From the NCBI GenBank assembly GCA_002269645.1, contig NIVC01002420.1, positions 112,107-176,106 of the forward strand: a DNA stretch of 64,000 nt. The letters are read 5' to 3'. The notes under the pieces are model-generated. The model ran no database searches, had not been told where the DNA came from, and saw nothing but the letters and a program-made list of their open reading frames with translations. The translations under genes were made by a program, and so were the position numbers. Of the stretch, positions 36,160 through 49,725 are shown piece after piece (the stretch's first letter is position 1; every line of letters starts with the position of its first letter). The stretch comes from Macrostomum lignano (taxonomy: Eukaryota).

Positions 36160-38515
36160 GCCCTGCTGCCATAGATCTAGGCCCTGCTGCCATAAATCTA
36201 GGCCCTGCTGCCATAAATCTAGGCCCTGCTGCCATAGATCTAGGCCCTGCTGCCATAGATCTAGGCCCTGCTGCCATAGATCTAGGCCCTGCTGCCATAG
36301 ATCTAGACCCTGATGCTATAGATCTAGACACTTCGATTATTGAGATCTAGACACTGATTATTGAGATCTAGACACTGATTATTGAGATCTAGACACCGAT
36401 TAATGAGATCTAGACACCGATTATTGAGATCTAGACACCGATTATTGAGATCTAGACACTGATTATTGAGATCTAGACACCGATTATTGAGATCTAGACA
36501 CCGATTATTGAGATCTAGACACTGATTATTGAGATCTAGACACCGATTATTGAGATCTAAACACCGATATTTAAGATTTAGGCACCAATTATTGAGATCT
36601 AGACACCGATTATAGAGATCTAGACACAGTTTTATTGAGATCTAGACACCGATTAATGAGATCTAGACACCGATTATTGAGATCTAGACACCGATTATTG
36701 AGATCTAGACACTGATTATTGAGATCTAGACACTGATTATTGAGATCTAGACACCGATTATTGAGATCTAGACACCGATTATTGAGATCTAGACACCGAT
36801 TATTGAGATCTAGACACCGATTTTTTTAATCTAGACACCGATTATTGAGATCTAGACACCGATTATTGAGATCTAAACACCGATTATTGAGATCTAGACA
36901 CCGATTAATGAGATCTAGACACCGATTATTGAGATCTAGACACCGATTATTGAGATCTAGACACCGATATTTAAGATTTAGGCACCGATTATTGAGATCT
37001 AGACACCGATTATTGAGATCTAGACACCGATATTTAAGATTTAGGCACCGGTTATTGAGATCTAGACACCGATTACTGAGATATAGACACTGTTTTATTG
37101 AGATCTAGACACCGATTAATGAGATCTAGACACCGATTATTGAGATCTAGACACTGTTTTATTGAGATCTAGACACCGATTATTGAGATCTAGACACCGA
37201 TTATTGAGATCTAGACACCGATTATTGAGATCTAAACACCGATATTTAAGATTTAGGCACCAATTATTGAGATCTAGACACCGATTATTGAGATCTAGAC
37301 ACCGATTATTGAGATCTAGACACTGATTATTGAGATCTAGACATCGATTAATGAGATCTAGACACCGATTAATGAGATCTAGACACTGTTTTGTTGAGAT
37401 CTAGACACCGATTATTGAGATCTAGACACCGATTATTGAGATCTAGACACTGTTTTATTGAAATCTAGACACCGATTATTGAGATATAGACACCGATTAT
37501 TGAGATCTAGACATTGTTTTATTGAGATCTAGACACCGATTATTGAGATCTAGACACCGATTATTGAGATCTAGACACTGATTATTGAGATCTAGACATC
37601 GATTAATGAGATCTAGACACCGATTAATGAGATCTAGACACTGTTTTATTGAGATCTAGACACCGATTATTGAGATCTAGACACTGATTATTGAGATCTA
37701 GACATCGATTAATGAGATCTAGACACCGATTAATGAGATCTAGACACTGTTTTATTGAGATCTAGACACTGATTATTGAGATCTAGACACCGATTATTGA
37801 GATCTAGACACCGATTATTGAGATCTAGACACCGATTATTGAGATCTAGACACCGATTATTGAGATCTAGACACTGTTTTATTGAGATCTAGACACCGAT
37901 TATTGAGATGTAGACACTGATTATTGAGATCTAGACATCGATTAATGAGATCTAGACATCGAATAATGAGATCTAGACACCAATTAATGAGATCTAGAGA
38001 CTGTTTTATTGAGATCTAGACACTGATTATTGAGATCTAGACACCGATTATTGAAATCTAGACACCGATTATTGAGATCTAGACACCGATTATTGAGATC
38101 TAAACACCGATAATATAGATCTAAACACCGATAATTGAGATCTAGACACCGATAATTTAGATCAAGACTCCGATTATTGAGATCTAGACACCGATTATTG
38201 AGATCTAAACACCGATTATTGAGATCTAGACACTGATTATTGAGATCTAGACACCGATTATTGAAATCTAGACACCGATTATTGAGATCTAGACACCGAT
38301 TATTGAGATCTAAACACCGATTATTGAGATCTAGACACTGATTATTGAAATCTAGACACTGATTATTGAGATCTAGACACTTCGATTATTGAGATCTAGA
38401 CACTTCGATTATTGAGATCTAGACATCGATTATTGATATCTAAACACCGATTATTGAGATCTAAACACCGATAATATAGATCTAAACACCGATTATTGAG
38501 ACCTAGACACCGATA
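36160..38515. repeat. Two abutting 21-bp minisatellites sharing an AGATCTAG core
   Basis: AGATCTAGGCCCTGCTGCCAT to ~36310, then AGATCTAGACACCGATTATTG. Confidence 0.97.
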
Positions 38516-39299
38516 TAGAGTATGAGATCCAGATTTCTAACCCCACAAAATGAGTCCTTTTTCAAGTTGAACTAATTCACATATTTTCTATAGTGCACAT
38601 GTATTTCCAAATTCCAACCCAGTTTTACTATTAATCTGAGTTAAGTTCGATACAGTTTTAATCTTAGTTTTTTTATTAATGTATAGCACACATTCCAACC
38701 GCGTAGTTTTCGAATTTGCATTCCCAGCGTACTTAAAACAATAAAAGTCATTTATTAAACGTACTTATGCACTTGTTGCAGCTAATCTTGATCTCTGCGT
38801 TCTACTCGTTATAATAAGCTTTTTTATGCGTATCTCTCTCTTACTACTTAGTTTTGTTAACTTAGTAGGCGCAAAAGGAAATTTGTAGTAAATATTGTTG
38901 TGCTGAAAAAATATTTGTGCCATTTTAGAAATCTCTGCTAAGTAATTTTAGCAATTTTTAGCTGTAATTTTTGAGTTGATCTACTGAAGTATTTAAGATT
39001 GAGATGATTCAAAATGTTTTTCTTAGAAATATCATTTTCTCTTTTTGAAAATTCGATGTTAAATATTTTTTTCATCTCTTGTTATTATGGTTTATCTGAG
39101 AAGTTACTATTATTTACGACATGGATTGTTTCGATTAATTGATTTTTTATGCACAGCTTTGAATCTCAGCATAGGAGTGGAGTTCTAATCTCAACTCTGA
39201 TTTGTGTCTTAGTGTATCTCATCTCAACTGGATCTGCATGTAATCATACCGCCTTTCTAATCCGCCTTGCATACATGTACGTCCATATTCTGTGATCAG

Positions 39300-39790
39300 C
39301 ATATCCTTTCCTGACTAATCTCAGCCACTTTACTTGTCTCATCTCACATCTCTTTCTGTCTAATTTCTTAATTTATCTGTCTAATCTCATTCCTCTATCT
39401 AATATCACCCTTATCTGATCTCAGCCCTCTACGGCCTGTCCAATCTCACCCTTTTATCTGTCTAATCTCATCTATCTATTTGTCTAATCTCATCCCCCGA
39501 TCTGTCTAATCTCACCCTTATCTAATCTCACCCTTCTATCTGTCCAATCTCACTATTATCTAATCTCACCCTTCTATCTGTCCAATCTCACTATTATCTA
39601 ATCTCACCGTTCTATCTGTCCAATCTCACTATGATCTAATCTCACCCTTCTATCTGTCTAATCTCACTATTATCTAATCTCACCCTTCTGTCTGTCCAAT
39701 CTTACCTTTCTATCCGTCTAATCTCATCCTTCTATATGTCTAATCTCATTCTTCTATCTATCCAATCTCACCCTTATCTAATCTCACTCC
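39300..39790. repeat. Degenerate CTAATCTCACC repeat
   Basis: Direct reading. Confidence 0.8.
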
Positions 39791-40364
39791 TCTACTGTTT
39801 TTTCCGTACATTTATCTAATCTCCTCAATTTTCGATCTATTTGATCTCAGCTCCTCTCCTACTCGTTATTCAATTTTATAACTTGCTCAAATTGTAACTT
39901 TTGATTGTGCCATTTGTTTATTAATTTACTGTTTAAATGAGTCTAATTTGTTCCTATGATAGTAGCTCGTACTAGATGCGGTAATTATGCAATAAAAGTC
40001 GGTGTACTATAATTAGAAATCGATATTAATATTATATTTTCGTTGGTGTTGTTCTTATTGGAATACCTTTTTTCACCGCCTTTATTAATAAATAACGATT
40101 TTAAGTTGCAATTCATGTATTTTTGAGGATTGTGCAATAGTTCAAGTGTAATTTATTATCACCTTGCCTAAATTATACCACTGGCTGTGCCATCCTTTAA
40201 TTTAACTTGTTTAGCTAATTATCATTTTGAAGGTGTTGCGTTTGTGTCAATAATACCTTAAAGCAGGAGCTTATATTTTAATTGGCGTATAGTTACATGT
40301 AGATGTATGCCAATTAAATAAATAATTGTTGTTTCCTATCTCTGTTCAATTATTTTGATATCAT

Positions 40365-42045
40365 CGCGGTGATTCTCAGCCTGGTTTATCAGCGATTCTC
40401 AGTCTGGTTTATCGGCGATTCTCAGCCTGGTTTATCCCTGATTCTCAGTCTGGTTTATCGGCGATTCTCAGTCTGGTTTATCGGCGATTCTCAGCCTGGT
40501 TTATCGGTGATTCTCAGTCTGGTTTATCAGCGATTCTCAGTCTGGTTTATCAGCGATTCTCAGTCTGGTTTATCGATGATTCTCAGTATGGTTTATCAGC
40601 GATTCTCAGTCTGGTTTATCCCTGATTCTCAGTCTGGTTTATCGGTGATTCTCAGTCTGGTTTATCAGCGATTCTCAGCCTGGTTTATCGGTGATTCTCA
40701 GTCTGGTTTATCAGCGATTCTCAGTCTGGTTTATCAGCGATTCTCAGTCTGATTTATCGATGATTCTCAGTCTGGTTTATCAGCGATTCTCAGTCTGGTT
40801 TATCGGCGATTCTCAGTCTGGTTTATCGGCGATTCTCGGTCTGGTTTATCGTTGATTCTCAGTCTGGTTTATCGGATTCTCAGTCTGGTTTATCGGCGAT
40901 TCTCAGCCTGGTTTATCGGTGATTCTCAGTCTGGTTTATCAGCGATTCTCAGTCTGGTTTATCAGCGATTCTCAGTCTGGTTTATCGATGATTCTCAGTA
41001 TGGTTTATCAGCGATTCTCAGTCTGGTTTATCCCTGATTCTCAGTCTGGTTTATCGGTGATTCTCAGTCTGGTTTATCAGCGATTCTCAGCCTGGTTTAT
41101 CGGTGATTCTCAGTCTGGTTTATCCCTGATTCTCAGTCTGGTTTATCGGTGATTCTCAGTCTGGTTTATCGGTGATTCTCAGTCTGGTTTATCAGCGATT
41201 CTCAGTCTGGTTTATCGGCGATTCTCAGTCTGGTTTATCGGCGATTCTCGGTCTGGTTTATCGTTGATTCTCAGTCTGGTTTATCGGATTCTCAGTCTGG
41301 TTTATCGGTGATTCTCAGTCTGGTTTATCGGCGATTCTCAGTCTGGTTTATCGGTGATTCTCAGTCTGGTTTATCGGTGATTCTCAGTCTGGTTTATCGG
41401 TGATTCTCAGTCTGGTTTATCGGTGATTCTCAGTCTGGTTTATCGGATTCTCAGTCTGGTTTATCGGCGATTCTCAGTCTGGTTTATTAGCGAATCTCAG
41501 TCTGGTTTATCGGTGATTCTCAGTCTGGTTTATCGGCGATTCTCAGTCTGGTTTATCGGTGATTCTCAGTCTGGTTTATCGGTGATTCTCAGTCTGGTTT
41601 ATCGGTGATTCTCAGTCTGGTTTATCGGTGATTCTCAGTCTGGTTTATCAGTGATTCTCAGTCTGATTTATCGGTGATTCTCAGTCTGGTTTATCGGTAA
41701 TTCTCAGTCTGATTTATCGGTGATTCTCAGTCTGGTTTATCAGCGATTCTCAGTCTGGTTTATCGGTGATTCTCAGTCTGGTTTATTAGCGATTCTCAGT
41801 CTGGTTTATCGGTGATTCTCAGTCTGGTTTATCGGCGATTCTCAGTCTGGTTTATCGGTGATTCTCCGTCTGGTTTATCGGCGATTCTCAGTCTGGTTTA
41901 TTAGCGATTCTCGGTCTGGTTTATCGTTGATCTTCAGTCTGGTTTATCGGTGATTCTCAGTCTGGTTTATCGGTGATTCTCAGTCTGGTTTATCGAAAAT
42001 TCTTAGTCTGGTTTATCGGTGATTGTCAGTCTGGTTTATCGACGA
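40365..42045. repeat. 23-bp minisatellite (GATTCTCAGTCTGGTTTATCGGY)
   Basis: Direct reading. Confidence 0.97.
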
Positions 42046-43189
42046 TTGTTAATGCTGTTATTTAGGAAGATTTTATTCGAATTCGATGTAGCAGCGAACA
42101 CACAGCAATGTATATATTTTTCAGAGTAATAAGCGTTTGCAAAACACCAGGGTAGTCATAGAGTGCAAATGCAAACACTCAATTTTATTTTAGTCTTTGT
42201 TCAAGAGCGTCCTTGATAACACACAAAGCACCTCAGTTTAAGTCCATTCCACAATTCCTAGTCAGTCAGTGAGTCACTCCACCAGTCATGTGATGCGATG
42301 AATTTGCGTTCTTTAATTGTCCAATTCTTTAACGCTTTCACAAAAAACAGATGCTAGGCTTGATTACGAAGATTGGACAAGTAAAGCGCTGAAAACCAAA
42401 AACTCAAGTGCAAAGAGGGCAAACAAAACTTGTTTCGTTTTGCTGTTGAATGCATTTAGAAAATCACGTGCTTTCTTAAATTCTTATGCTAGGGCTTGCT
42501 TGTTCATCTGCAAATCATCTGCATATGGCAGCATAGCATCGCAAAGCTGGTGGTGGTTGTCTGTCTGGCCTGGATAGATGGATGGCGGATGATGCCCGTG
42601 CTTGTGCCTGTGCAGGCAGGCTAAGCCATAAAAGGCAGACGAATAGAAAGCAAGAGATTTGGCCTAGAACTGGAACTTTATCAGTTCAACTACTAAAAGT
42701 TGCGCGCGGCCTGGCGGCCTGGCGGGCGGGCGCAAGCAAAGCCTCTCCTGCTACTGACTAATGCCCCCCCCCCGATCTTGTCCTTATTGGGCCAAGCGGG
42801 TGAAGGGACAGGGAGGAGAGGGAAACGGGGTTTATAGGATTATCAGTAAGATCTACGAGATGTGGAGGCCCAGGCCCAGGAGGGGGTGGGTTGTAAAAAC
42901 TGAGGTCCTCTGAATTCTTACAGATAAGATTTTTTCTTATATTTAAACTGAATGTACATTCACCCCTCCCCATAAGTCGAGTGTACAAACGAACAACTCC
43001 CCAACACCCCCATGGGCCCCGGAAAACGACGTCATTTTTTCTGACCTAAATGAACCCAAGCCCCCCTCCCGTCACCCATCCAGTTCTGCCCTTAGCCCTC
43101 ACAGCCCCCCTCCCAAATTCACATCAGCGAAGCCAAGCCCCCGTTCTTTTTGTATCTCCTCTCCTCTCCCCTTACCCCAGGCCCCAGCC

Positions 43190-43197
43190 TATATAAA
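43190..43197 (+). promoter_or_regulatory. TATA box of the secreted basic protein gene
   Basis: TATATAAA about 120 bp upstream of the ATG, after a C-rich upstream region. Confidence 0.6.
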
Positions 43198-43315
43198 CGT
43201 AGCAATTTTCCACGCCTGTAAGAAATTTCCTCACCAAGAATTCTGCTTGCTTGGTTTCTTGGTTGATCCTCTTCATTATCCTAGGACCTCCTACTAGATC
43301 GTACTAATCCTAACT

Positions 43316-43449
43316 ATGGGCCTGCCAACGGTAGCTCTGGCTCTATGCCTGTTCGCGGCGGCTGTCTATTATCCAACAGAGGCTATGCCGCAGCCCCAGT
43401 CTGCCGATGACAAAGGTCTGGTGCCCGCCGGAGAATCCGGGACCGGAGT
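43316..43449 (+). CDS. Secreted Arg/Lys-rich protein, exon 1 (signal peptide)
   Basis: Reads MGLPTVALALCLFAAAVYYPTEA|MPQPQSADDKGLVPAGESGTG, then GT|GTAAGT donor (phase 2). Too short for the ORF track. Confidence 0.85.
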
Positions 43450-43578
43450 GTAAGTTGATCGAACATTAGTTATGTTTGCATTTTGAGTATTATTAGCATT
43501 ACAAGTTTTATTTTTTATTTTTACATATCGTCTACTTTTTTAAGTAGTAAAATCAATATTTTTCGCGCGATTTTATAG

Positions 43579-43936
43579 TCAACGCCAACAGCCGGGAGCT
43601 GCCAGCGCTGGCGCCGTGGACGCCCAGACTCAGACAGACGGCGCTGTTCAGCAGAGCGACCGTCGGCGAGGTCGCGGCCGCGGCCGCAAAGGCCGTCGCA
43701 ATCGCAAGGGCAAGCGTCGCGAAGGCAAGCGCAACCGGTGCCGCACGCCGGAGTGTAAACGAGAGCGCCGATTGCGCCGCAAGCAGCGCCGGCAGCAGCG
43801 CCGGGAGCAGCGCCGGCAGCGCAAAAACGGACGCCGCGGCGGCAGGGGCGGCAGAGGCCGGCGCCGTCGCAAGGATCGCAAGCAGCGGCCGCAGGAGACG
43901 CAGCTGCCACAGGCTCCCGCTCCGGCGCCTCAATAA
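43579..43936 (+). CDS. Secreted Arg/Lys-rich protein, exon 2 (polybasic domain)
   Basis: ttttatag| acceptor after an AT-rich 129-nt intron restores the frame into ORF 43616-43936. The stop TAA overlaps an AATAAA. Confidence 0.85.
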
Positions 43937-45586
43937 ATGTTAATTATCAATAATCATCAGCCTGGACTCAGCACCTGCATTAGTTAATCTATTTTGTACT
44001 TTTATTACAGCTAATTAAACAAACTGGCCAGCAATTTGTATAGTTTATTATTTTAGCCGAATTGCAAATTTCTTAAAATTTGAATTCGCGCCTAAATTCG
44101 TCAATTGACGAGTTAAAACAAAACGAAAGTTAATTTCTGGCTTTTCGAAAAATACAATAGTAATTTTTCACTTCATAATCCTTTAACCTACTATATAATA
44201 ATATAAGTAGCACAGTTAGCGCGCATTCTTAAAAAAAGCTTTTGTCCGAATGCGTTGCATTCTTGCTTTCTGACTGGTTTGATTAATGATTCTTATTATA
44301 GTAAGACATTCTTTCATAACAGCCCTAGCCCTTCTAATATAAAATTTATTGCATAGTATAAAAAATAAAATAGCGACTGCTTTACTGCAAACTTAACCTG
44401 TTTTCTATTTTAAATATACGGATTCAAAATATAAAAAAAATAAGTTGTTTGTTTCAAAATAATGCGATTCTTGAGCAATTATTTTGCTTCGGGAGCCACT
44501 TTGCCCGCTTCACTAAAGCACACAAATGAATTATATAATGATTTGCATAATTATTAATCAAGCTTTTATTGATTTATTATTAAATATTTGTCTTTTTTCC
44601 AATTCATTTTTCTTTACACCAACAGACCATTGAACATTGTTTTCAATTGCGGTTTGTTAAAAGCAAGAAACAAACTAACAAAGTAAATTAACACATACGA
44701 AGCAAACCGAGAACACTTGAATGCTCCATTGATTGAACAAACACAATGAACACGAGCGAGAGTAGTATATAGTTAAGTATTAGTAGTATAATGACGAGCC
44801 GTTTTCTTGTTGGCGGAAAATTAAAACTTGAAAAAAAACTTGATTTGTTATACAATACAAATCGGAACGCAAAGGTCGCTTAGGAGAGCTGAAATATCGC
44901 GCATGAGACACTGGTTGGAGAGAATCTCAATATTTGACGATTGGCTCGAATCAAGTTCTCTGTATCCGGGTTTGCCAGACTAATTAGTAAGTAGTACGAG
45001 CGTATTTTAGGATTTTTATACTTATTTAAACAATGCACAGAAATTCAACTGTAAACTACTTATTCAATGAGTAGTATGTAGAGGATATTAAAAGTAGCCA
45101 TTTAGTCACAAATTTCACCAAAATAATCTGGCAAACCCGGGTTACACACAGCTGAGAGAACAATCAAAAGTGCGCCAATGCAGTTCGATCTTTATTACTT
45201 TAATTATATAGTAGTAACAGTGGTATCCGCACTTGTTTGCAAAAGTTATTGTTTCGGAACAGAAAATGCTAATGTAATATTTTCTTTAAAGTTTGCAACG
45301 TACTTCGCTTGTTTTTGCTTGAGGAAAAACAGTCAAAGAGATGGAACAAAAATATTATAATATAAATTATACGAAGGGGAAATGAAGAAGAGTATCTGTT
45401 TCACCCAATAAATACTGAATATTTGAACTTCTACACTGCAAAGGTGTCAAGCGATCATGATGGTGACAGACGGATGAACGAACAAAAAACACACGCCTAA
45501 CAAGTACGACTGGGGCAGACACACTGTTGAATAGGATTTCTGAGCTTTGCCTTAAATCACTGAACTAGCCCCAATACATCAAGGAG

Positions 45587-45677
45587 TCATCTTGCCAGAC
45601 GCCTTCTGGCTTGGATTCGACTACGGTTCGGCCGATTTGACGCCGGTACCGACTGGGCGTTGAACGGGTTGCCGGTG
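45587..45677 (-). CDS. NUP153: Nup153-like terminal exon
   Basis: ttgcag| acceptor at phase 2 matches the 46681 donor. Reads TGNPFNAQSVPASNRPNRSRIQARRRLAR*, a basic tail like the Nup153 C-terminus. Confidence 0.8.
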
Positions 45678-45714
45678 CTGCAATTTTGCGAGAGATGAGT
45701 ATGAGTGAGAACAG

Positions 45715-46660
45715 TCATAAACTACTTACAGATCAGTCATAACTCTACTCCCCAGTCATTGGCCATAAAGCTGCTCATACAACAGTCATAAAGCTACTCA
45801 CAAAACAGTCATCAAGCAACTCATACAACAGTCATAAAGCTACTCACAGAACAGTCAAAAAGCAACTCATACAACAGTCATAAAGCTACCCACAAAACAG
45901 TCATCAAGCTACTCATACAACAGTCATAAAGATACCCACAAAACAGTCATCAAGCTACTCATACAACAGCCATAAAGATACCCACAAAACAGTCATCAAG
46001 CTACTCATACAACAGTCATAAAGATACCGACAAAACAGTCATCAAGCTACTCATACAACAGTCATAAAGATACCCACAAAACAGTCATAAAGCTACTCAT
46101 ACAACAGTCATAAAGATACCCACAAAACAGTCATCAAGCTACTCATACAACAGTCATAAAGCTACTCACAAAACAGTCATCAAGCAACTCATACAACAGT
46201 CATAAAGATACCCACAAAACAGTCATCAAGCTACTCATACAACAGTCATAAAGATACCCACAAAACAGTCATAAAGCTACTCATACAACAGTCATAAAGC
46301 TACCCACAAAACAGTCATCAAGCAACTCATACAACAGTCATAAAGATACTCACAAAACAGTCATCAAGCAACTCATACAACAGTCATAAAGATACCCACA
46401 AAACAGTCATAAAGCTACTCACAAAACAGTCATCAAGCTACTCATACAACAGTCATAAAGATACCCACAAAACAGTCATAAAGCTACTCATACAACAGTC
46501 ATAAAGCTGCTCACAGAACAGTCATAAATCTACCCACAAAACAGTCATAAAGCTACCCACAGAGCTGTCAAAGCTACTCATACAACGGCCATAAAGCTAC
46601 TCTCACAACAGTCATAAAGCTAATCACAGAACAGCCATCGGTCATAAAAGCTACTCCAAC
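45715..46660. repeat. Intronic 23-bp minisatellite, largely alternating dimer (AACAGTCATAAAGCTACTCATAC / AACAGTCATCAAGATACCCACAA-like)
   Basis: Direct reading. Confidence 0.95.
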
Positions 46661-46680
46661 TAAGCGACATGAGCACTCAC

Positions 46681-49600
46681 GCATCCGGTGGCAAATTTGC
46701 TGGCTGCCCAGCATGCAACAATTGCTGCGACGGTTGCTGCTGCTGCTGCGTGGCTGCAGGTCTGGCGGCGCCAAACACAAAAGTTGAAGCCGCGCCGCTT
46801 GGCTGATTGGCGCCGAAAACAAAAGTTGACGACGCTGCACTCGGTTTGGGCTCGGCATCCAAATCGACAACAGGCTGGGAAGCCTGAGCTGGCGCCAGTT
46901 TAGAGCCGAATAGACCAGGCGGTGGTGCGGCGGCGCCTGGCGCACTATTGGCGCCATTGGCGCCCCCAAACAGACTAGCGCCATTTGACCCGCCCCCAGC
47001 GCCAAAGTTAAAAGCTGGCGCCGTCAGCTGCGACGGCGCCGAAGAGTCGGACAATTTTGATAGCTTATTGCTGGGCTGATCTGGCGCCGGCGCCGCTGGC
47101 GCGGAGGCGCCAAAAGCGAACGGAGCTGCAGTGGTAGCAGCGGCGGTGGCGGCTGGTCCCGCGCTAAAATTGAAGTTCATCGAAGGCTTAACCGATGTCG
47201 TTGTTGAACTGTCCAGATTTAATTTCCGCTTTGAATCTCTCGACGACGCGGGGGCAGCGGCGGAGGCGGCGGTGGTGCTGCTATTAAAGGAAAACAACCC
47301 GGCTGGTGCCGCAGATGCGGCGGCGCCAAAAGTCGGCGCTGGCGCCGCTGCCGATGATGAAGCTATAAAACTGAGCTTCGGACCACCATCGTTGGATGCT
47401 GAATTGCCAAACAATCCGAAGCCAGGATTTGGTGCGGCATCGCTTGCGGCAGCTGAAGATGAAGCAGGAGCAGTGCTTGAAGAGACAAACGATGGAGCTC
47501 GAAATCCAGTCATACCGCTTTGACCTGCTGATGGCGTACCCGACGAAATGCCAAAACTAATCTTTGGACCAGCTTCACTTGTAGCTGATGAAACTCCAAA
47601 GCTGACTTTCGCTGGGGAATCAGTCAAAGCTCCAGACAAAGGAGTACTAAAACTGATCTTTAGGCCAGACGCTACCGATGATGGAGCGCCTAGACTGATC
47701 TTCGGTCCAGCATCACTTTGAACAGCTAGGGCACCTGATGAAGCTCCAAGGTTGATTTTTGGTCCAGCATCACTTTGAGCTGCTGATGCAACCGATGAAG
47801 CTCCAAAACTGATTTTCGGTCCAGAATCACTCTGAGCTGCTGATGCAACCGATGAAGCTCCAAAACTGATTTTCGGTCCAGAATCACTCTGAGATGCTGA
47901 TCCAACCGATGAAGCTCCAAAGTTAATCTTCGGTCCAGCATCACTCTGAGCTGCTGAGGCAACTGTTGAAGCCCTAAAGTTTATCTTCGGTCCAGCATCA
48001 CTCTGAGCTGCTGATGCAACTGATGAAGCTCCAAAGTTAATCTTCGGTCCAGCATCAATCTGAGCTGCTGATGCAACTGATGAAGCTCCAAAGTTAATCT
48101 TCGGTCCAGCATCACTCTGAGCTGCTGATGCAGCTGATGAAGCTCCAAAACTTATATTCGGGCCAGAATCACTTGTAGTTCCAGACGATGGAGCACCAAA
48201 GCTGATCTTCGGCCCAGCATCACTTTTAGTTCCAGACGATGGAGCACCAAAACTTATCTTCGGCCCAGCATCACTTGCAGTTCCAGACGATGGGGCACCA
48301 AAGCTGATCTTCGGCCCAGCATCACTTGCAGTTCCAGACGATGGGGCACCAAAGCTGATCTTCGGCCCAGCATCACTTGTAGCTCCTGACGATGGAGCAC
48401 CAAAGCTGATCTTCGGCCCAGCATCACTGCCACTTGCCGCAGCACTGGATGGTTTTGACACTGCACCTGGCCTAGGCGACTCGCAAGCAACGCAACGACT
48501 AACAGAGACAACATTTTCAACAAGACAGGTGTCGCATTGCCACTTTGACGAGGCACTGGACTGTTGGTGCTGCTGATGCTGCTGCGAGAACATTGAAAAT
48601 ATCGGAACAGTAGCTGGTCCACGGTCAATAAAACTTGGCCGCTTTGTCATACCGCCACTAGATTGAGCTGACACCGGAGCTGTAACAGCACTAGACAATG
48701 GTCGTTTTTCTTGGCACACAACGCACACCTGAGAACTAGCTGGACTGGTGCACATACAGGTATTGCAACGCCATTCACCTGTGCCTGTTTCCGCTGATGC
48801 AGTTGACGATGCCTTAGCAGCAGTCGAAGTCATCGTAGCTGTACCAGTGCTTGAAGAAGACGGCCGTTTCTCTTGACAGACAACGCACACCTGGGAACTA
48901 GCTGGACTGGTGCACATACAGGTATCGCATCGCCATTCTCCAGCAGCGTTCGCTGCCGCGGTGGCAGGAGCACTAACCGATGCTGCTGGAACCGCAGCAG
49001 ACCCTGACAATGAAGGTCGCTTCTCCTGACAGACTACGCAAACCTGCGACGAAGCTGGACTGGTGCACATGCAGGTAGAACAGCGCCAATCTGTTGATGC
49101 AGCCGCCGAAGTTGAAGGCGCAACAGCACTGACGGCACTGGAAGCAGATAGTTGTTTCTTAGACTTCACAGTGCAACTAGTGCAAGTTTTAACTCCTGGC
49201 TGATTAGTAACCATGCAACTGAGGCATTGCCAACCGGTGCTAGCGGAACTGCTACTAGTAGTAGCAGAAGCAGTAGTTGAGGATTTTCCACGAAATATAG
49301 GCACAGAAAATTGAAATTGCATTGCTTCATCGTCTAATATCAGCGGCTGTTGCTGTTGCTGCTGGGACTGCTGCTTCTGGCGACTATCTAACCCTGCAGT
49401 TCGATAATTATCCGAAGCGATGGAGGCCGGCGCCGGCTGCTGATGCTGACCGCGCGACGGCGGCGTCCCGACGCCGCCACCAGCTTGAAATCGACGCCGA
49501 TAAGCAATCCGATAAGGCGGAGCGAATACCGCATTGGAACTACTACTATTAGTAGTAGCATTATTCTCATGATTGTTATTTAAACTTGAACCAGAGTAAG

Positions 49601-49692
49601 GAGTCGATGGAATACGACGAGCGTCTGTCAAAGGAGTTGATAGTCGATCCAGAGCGTCGAGAATCTTTTTGGCTGTAGGCGTCACCAAGTGT

Positions 49693-49725
<33 letters not shown>

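Noticed and set aside
43218-43284. 5' UTR intron in the secreted basic gene (GTAAGA...CCTAG)
   Set aside because: The donor lies at about the predicted transcription start ~28 nt after the TATA, leaving no first exon.
43521-43933. Minus-strand Ala/Cys-rich ORFs
   Set aside because: Antisense shadows of the GC-rich Arg-coding exon, with no promoter or splice support.
46688-49570. Short alternative-frame and antisense ORFs inside the Nup153 exon
   Set aside because: By-products of the low-complexity and repeat coding sequence.
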